From the human T2T-CHM13v2.0 reference genome, Homo sapiens, in NCBI RefSeq assembly GCF_009914755.1, contig NC_060936.1: a DNA stretch of 64,000 nucleotides, one strand, 5' to 3'. The notes under the pieces are model-generated. The model saw only the letters and a list, made by a program, of their open reading frames with translations, was not told the origin of the DNA and ran no database searches. Positions 51,351-64,000 of the stretch are shown in pieces. Every line of letters begins with the position of its first letter. Positions within the stretch are counted from its first letter, which is position 1. Position numbers and translations under genes: made by a program.

Positions 51351-51782
51351 ACCTGTGCACTTACCCGGGCAAGTGGTTCAACTCTACCTGGAGGAGAGGG
51401 GAGGGGCTGAGGAAAGGCAGCCCCAGCAGAGGTCAGGGCCCCATGAGACAACCATCCAAGAAGAGCATCCAGAAATAGCAATGGCCCAATGAAGTGGGGA
51501 GATTAGGTAAATACAGAAAACTGAGCAAATAAACAAATCTACTGAGCATTATTTTTCTTCCTGTCTGAGAAGAATGACACGGATGTGGGATAGGAAAAGC
51601 TAGACTAAATCCTGTGGTATTGGTTTGGGAAGAGTTACCCCATACATATAGATATAAAAATAAATGTTGATGTAAATGTGTGTATATGTATACATACATG
51701 CATTGCGCACACACACATATATATATAGCCTAGATTATCCACTGAAGGGACTGAGATTTACTCCAAAACATGAGTTCTGGAC

Positions 51783-52200
51783 TACATTAGTTTACTAGGA
51801 CTGCTGTAACAAAGTACCACAAGTTGGATGATTCGAACAGCAAACATTTCCAGTCTCACCATTCTGGACGCTAGAAGTTTGAAATCAAGGTGTCGGTGAG
51901 GCCATGCTCCCCCTGAAGGCACTGCGGAAGGCCCTGCTACAGGCCCCTCTCCTCACTTCTGAGAATCCCGTGGCTTGTGGCAGCCAAACTTCAATCTTCA
52001 CATAGCATTCTCCCTGTATGTGTGACTGTGTCCAAATTTTCCCTTTTTACAAGGACATCAGCCATATTGGACTAGTATGAACTCATCTAAACTAATTACA
52101 TCTGCAACAACCCTATTTCCAGATAAGGTCATATTCTGAGACATTGAGGATTAGGATTTCAACATTTGAATCTTGAGGGATCACAACTGGAACCAGAACA
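51783..52200 (-). mobile_element. MLT1 LTR (B/C-like)
   Basis: ggactgctgtaacaaagtaccacaa...aattacatctgcaacaaccctatttccagataaggtcatattctgag. Confidence 0.85.
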
Positions 52201-52786
52201 TGGACGTTTGAAAGACACCAAAAGCAAGAATGAAGCCCTGACCACCCCCGTCTGACCATCTGTCTGCAAAGACACTGCATTCATCCTAGATAAGGGACCT
52301 GGGTGACAGAACGAGACTCCATCTCAAAAAATAATAAAAATAATTAATTAATTTAAAAAATAAAATAAAAAACTAATCAGGTTTAAATTACTAAACATTC
52401 TTTAAAAGCCAAATATATCATTTATCTAGTTTGTTTAAAGTACAGGTTACAGTTATACTGCAAGATAATGTACTTTTAATCGGATAGAAAACTGTGTCTT
52501 CCTAATTTGTAATTTAAGTTCTGATTTTGAAATTAGTAGGGTTTAACTTAATCCATCCTATTTATAGAAATTACATGAAAGATATACAAACTTACATCAT
52601 TGGCAATATCTGCAAATCGGGCTTTTTACCAAGTGGTTTTCCTCAGCCTTTTCTTCTGAATAAATGACGTTTTACTGTTCATTATTCTATATCTATGTAT
52701 GCCTATGTTGTATTTCAAACATTGCAAAAGAAATAAGGATCTGGTCCCTTTAAAAAATAATAATAAATGACCATGCTTTATCAACT

Positions 52787-54627
<1,841 letters not shown>

Positions 54628-54679
54628 TCACCTCTCTGATTCCTCCTGTCTGGAAGTCCTTTCCACACCCACCTGAGGA

Positions 54680-55143
54680 AGGCTATAAAAATGACCTGAA
54701 TCCTTTACACCCCTCCTGTGTCCATACCCTTTGCAATGTCACTTTGCAGTTAATTCACCAAAGAGGTGCAGTCTGTGTCCACGCCTTTTCAATGACGCTG
54801 GCCATGTGACTTGCCTCGGCCAATAGGAGGCCTGTGTGCTTCTACCTGCTGGCTTGGACCCCTGTCATCTTCATAAGAATGTGCCCAGGCTAGTCAGCTG
54901 AAGGATAAGAGACTACATGGTGCAGAGTCAGGTTTTCCCAGACGTCCCAGCCAAAACCATCCTAGCTCAGTTGACAGCCAACTCTTGCCTGGCTATTGGC
55001 TATAAGTGAGGCCATCTCAGATCAGATGAGCCACCAATCTACTGCTGATCCCAGAGGCATGGCCAATAAATGCTTATGTTATGTGCCACTGGGGTTTTGT
55101 GTTTGTTACACAGCATTATGGGGACCCGTAGCTAACTGATACA
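54680..55143 (+). mobile_element. MLT1 LTR
   Basis: ggccatgtgacttgcctcggccaatagg...aataaatgcttatgttatgtgccactggggttttg...tagctaactgataca. Confidence 0.8.
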
Positions 55144-55212
55144 CCACCACATCAACGCATGAAAATCTGAATTTTTCTCCAAAGCCCACCTCAAATGCCA
55201 CCTGCTCCAGCA

Positions 55213-55265
55213 GGACCTTATAAATTCTTTCTTGGGACTTTATAAATTCTTTCTTGGGACTTTAT
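55213..55265 (+). repeat. 22-bp tandem repeat, about 2.4 copies
   Basis: ggacYttataaattctttcttg repeated. Confidence 0.92.
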
Positions 55266-55345
55266 TTATACACACTGTGTTATAGAATTATTCACAATTT
55301 TTCTTGCATTATAACTGACTGACAAAGAAGACACTAGATCCCTTA

Positions 55346-56751
<1,406 letters not shown>

Positions 56752-57581
56752 TTAGGTGCCCATCTTTCCAGATGTTGATCTGTGAATTTTCACAAATACA
56801 TACAGATCTATTGAAACTCTGCAATGTGGCTTTCTGTGGACGATTTCTTTTTTCCTCTCACATAAATGATATCATACAGCATGCACTTTTGTGCACTTGC
56901 TTTTTTCACTTAGTAGTAAGCCCTGAGGGTCTTTCCCCGTTAGTTCGTACAGATCTGCCTCGTTCTTTTTAATCTTCTGCATGAAGGATTCCTTTGATAC
57001 CTGGGTGAAAAGCCCATGATGTGAGCAGTTCTGTGATGTCTGCTGGGACGCCTTTGTCAACGACAATAAAGCATTTTCAGGAATAACAGCCACCATCACA
57101 GCTGCCATGTACTAAACATTTACAGTATGCCTGGCATCGCAAGCCAAGTGCCGTGAATGTGTTTGTTCCTTTTAATCCATGTGACAATGCTAGCTGTGAG
57201 GCTGGTACTTTCAGCCCATTCTACAAACAGGAAGACTGAAACTTCAACAGGCTAAATCATTTGCTGAGATCCACAGAGCTATTGAAATGGGAGCACCAGG
57301 GTGTGATCCCAAAGCTCTGTCTCTTTACCAGGACACTATGCTAGGAGCTGTTCACGGCTCCTTCCCACTGACCTGGAAGTGCAAAAGTTGGGCATCGACC
57401 CCTCAGGGGCAGAGAGAGGGCCTTATTCATCTTAGGAAGCCTTCTAAGTGAATTCCCGAATTCTAGCTCTGAGGTTTGGGCAAGTCACTTCAGCTCTCTG
57501 AGCCTCCACTTTCTCATCTGTAAAACAGGTGTATTCCACCTTTCCTCGCAGGCCTGCTGAGGCATTACATAAGATATTCTC

Positions 57582-61799
<4,218 letters not shown>

Positions 61800-62266
61800 C
61801 GATTGTAAATATCATTCTACAGATGGGGAAACCAGGCCTTGGAATTGCTGGAATTGTGCCCGTGATCACACAGATAAAGCAGCATCGGGATCGTGATTTG
61901 AACTCAGGACCTCTAGTTCCCAGTCCCGTGCTCTCTTCACGATTCTCTGCTGAAACAGACCATCAACGGTTGAGAAGCACAATTAGAAAAGGGCCTTTGT
62001 ATGGCTTCACCCTGCCAGGCGGCCTAATTGATATTTAGGTCGACCTCAATTCAAGTCCATGCAGAGCCAAACTGAAGAAGAAGAAGAAAAAAAAAAACCC
62101 AAAGGTTCCATCTTCAAATAAAGAAACACAGGACTTTTGGAAATAGCACATCTAAGCCGAGCCCACCGTCTGACTCTGCACTGCCCAGGTGTAGAATGAG
62201 GTCCCCTGGGCCTGGGGTTAGAGGGATCACAGGTTGCGGAAATCCGACGGAGCTGGAGCCCGGAGG

Positions 62267-62299
62267 TGTAATTTTCCATCTCCACACCAGGGGGCAGCC
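62267..62299 (+). promoter_or_regulatory. Candidate CTCF site with upstream module
   Basis: TGTAATTTTC-CATCTCC-ACACCAGGGGGCAGCC in CpG-rich unique sequence. Confidence 0.55.
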
Positions 62300-63299
62300 T
62301 GGCACCTTCCACGACAGATGGAAAATTTTCCGGGCCTTGGCCCATCCGAGCATCCGCAGCGCCTTATTACTGTACTCTGTATTAGCATGGCGGTAAATTT
62401 AGCAGCATAAACAACAACAACAAAAAAAATCAAAAAGTCAAGACATGTGACAGAGCTAAAAATAATTGTGTCTGAAATCCCTAATGTGAAATGGGGAACT
62501 TTTCACTCCGAATCTAAACCCAAATCCAACCCAGAGACCTCCGGGAACGTCCTGGCCGTTGGGTTTGACAGAGCTCCAAATCCTCACCCCTTAGGTGCTA
62601 TTTTTTTTTTTTTTTTTTTTTTTAAGAACGAAAGCGGAGTCCGTGAAAGCTGGGAGGGAATGCAGGACACCATGGGGGCCTTCTAGGGACCAGGCCCTTG
62701 CAAGAACCATCCCTGGTGTAAACCTCGCAGCAGCGCCAAGGGAAGGGGCTTGGCTCTCAGCCCATTTTACACACGAGAAAACTGAGGCTCAGTAATGGAA
62801 CAGGGCTGGCCTTATGGTCACACACATAAAGAGGCAGGCTCCAGAGCCCTCTGTGTCCCTCAGGACTGCCCGTCAGCACCCCATAATCGCTGCCTTCTCC
62901 CTAAAGGTACACATGAGCAGCAAAGAGCTCCAGCCTTTGAACTTGCTTGTCCCACCGGCGAGAGCTCTTCTGTCAGCTTTAGGCATAAACAGCCCTTTCC
63001 GTTCCTTCAGGTGTCACCTCTGCCCAAGCTCCTCTCAATGCCACCATCACGCCGCCCTGCTTTCTTTCCTTGGTGGCACTTTGCTATCTCACAAATCATC
63101 CTGTTTATTGGTTTCCATGGTTACGCCTCCCCCCCACCACCACCACACACCCATCATGTCAGCTCAAGAGAGCACGGGCTTTGCCTGTCATTTCCCCAGC
63201 GTTCAGATCCGTGCCTGGCATACAGTCGGTGCTCAATACATTTTTCTTGGTCTTTCAATAAACCAACATCCTTGGTGGTTAAACGCCAGGCCACTAAAA

Positions 63300-63750
63300 A
63301 TAAATCCCAAGTCCTTTTCCAAGCGGGCACAGTGCACCTGCAGGACCGGGTCCCTGGTTGTGTTATTAAGGTTCTCGGGTGAGCACACCCCGTGCGGGTA
63401 ATGAAATCGCGGCAGCCACAGCCAGCAGCCCCGACGCCTTCCCGCCGTTGCCAGGGCGACCATTGTCATAACATCCCTGGCGCTTGGCGGCCCAGCTGAC
63501 GGGGGAGAGAATTATTTGACTGGAGAACGTCTCAAGTAACCGGCCAATTTGCATCCACAAGAAAATCCCCTGCTGAGGGAGGGCTGGAGGCCTGGGAGAG
63601 GCGCCCTTCCTTCTCTCCCCAGCCCTGGATCCCAATGAGAACCGGATCCCTGAGGCCAGGCAGAGGGACCCAACAGTCTGGGGCAGTCCCGCCGAATGCT
63701 GGAACACAGGCAGCTGCCTCTGCAGGAAGGAAGAGCCCCCCTCTCCGCTG
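63300..63750. promoter_or_regulatory. Candidate intronic enhancer: CpG-rich unique DNA with RFX X-box, SOX, E-box and octamer motifs
   Basis: GTTGCCAGGGCGAC 63447-63460, CATTGT 63461-63466, CAGCTG 63493-63498, ATTTGCAT 63547-63554; many retained CpGs. Confidence 0.5.
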
Positions 63751-64000
63751 TCTCACTATTGCTGATGGTTTTTCCTTTTCTCTACGTTATTACTGCTGAT
63801 GGATATTACAAACAATAGAAAAAAGGGTTTATATATTTAATGAGCACTTACTAGACAGCAGGTCCAGTAGTAATAACTTCCTTACACGATCCTTATAATT
63901 TTAACATTTACACAATAATACATTATGTCATATTTATACTATATATGTATACTGTATAATGTCATCATAGCAGTCATAGATCTCCCATATGTGATAATTC

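Noticed and set aside
62795-63401. Two overlapping 195-aa ORFs on the plus strand
   Set aside because: They overlap MIR/L2 relics, resemble no protein I know, are antisense to KSR2, and ORFs of this length arise by chance in GC-rich DNA.

Overview
Primate (very probably human) genomic DNA lying entirely inside KSR2 (kinase suppressor of Ras 2), which runs on the minus strand. Only two coding exons are present: 47555-47695 (141 bp, phase 0-0) and 42691-42841 (151 bp, phase 0-1). Both have canonical AG/GT sites and together encode part of the N-terminal CC-SAM region (SKLVKYFSRQ...RKEVLE|EISPGQLSLEDLLEMTDEQV...RNVHMSG); these are probably exons 2 and 3. The rest is intron, dense with about 45 Alus, L1/L2/MIR relics, solo LTRs (MER41A, MER67-like, MLT1/MLT2, LTR41-like) and DNA transposons (Tigger2a, Tigger5/MER47, MER58, MER20, MER5, MER3). 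The other ORFs in the track are repeat-derived or chance ORFs. I found no novel gene system. The best second-look items are: (1) a template-switch rearrangement in which 105 bp of a neighbouring Tigger2a was copied, inverted, into a Tigger5/MER47 element; (2) an 85-nt near-perfect hairpin at 4220-4304; (3) three CTCF-like sites carrying the upstream module; (4) an RFX/SOX/POU motif cluster in CpG-rich unique sequence at 63.4-63.6 kb; (5) an AT-rich apparent foreign insertion at 52.3-52.7 kb; (6) several readable insertion and microsatellite histories. Repeat family names come from recalled consensus sequences, and repeat boundaries are approximate unless a target-site duplication (TSD) is given.
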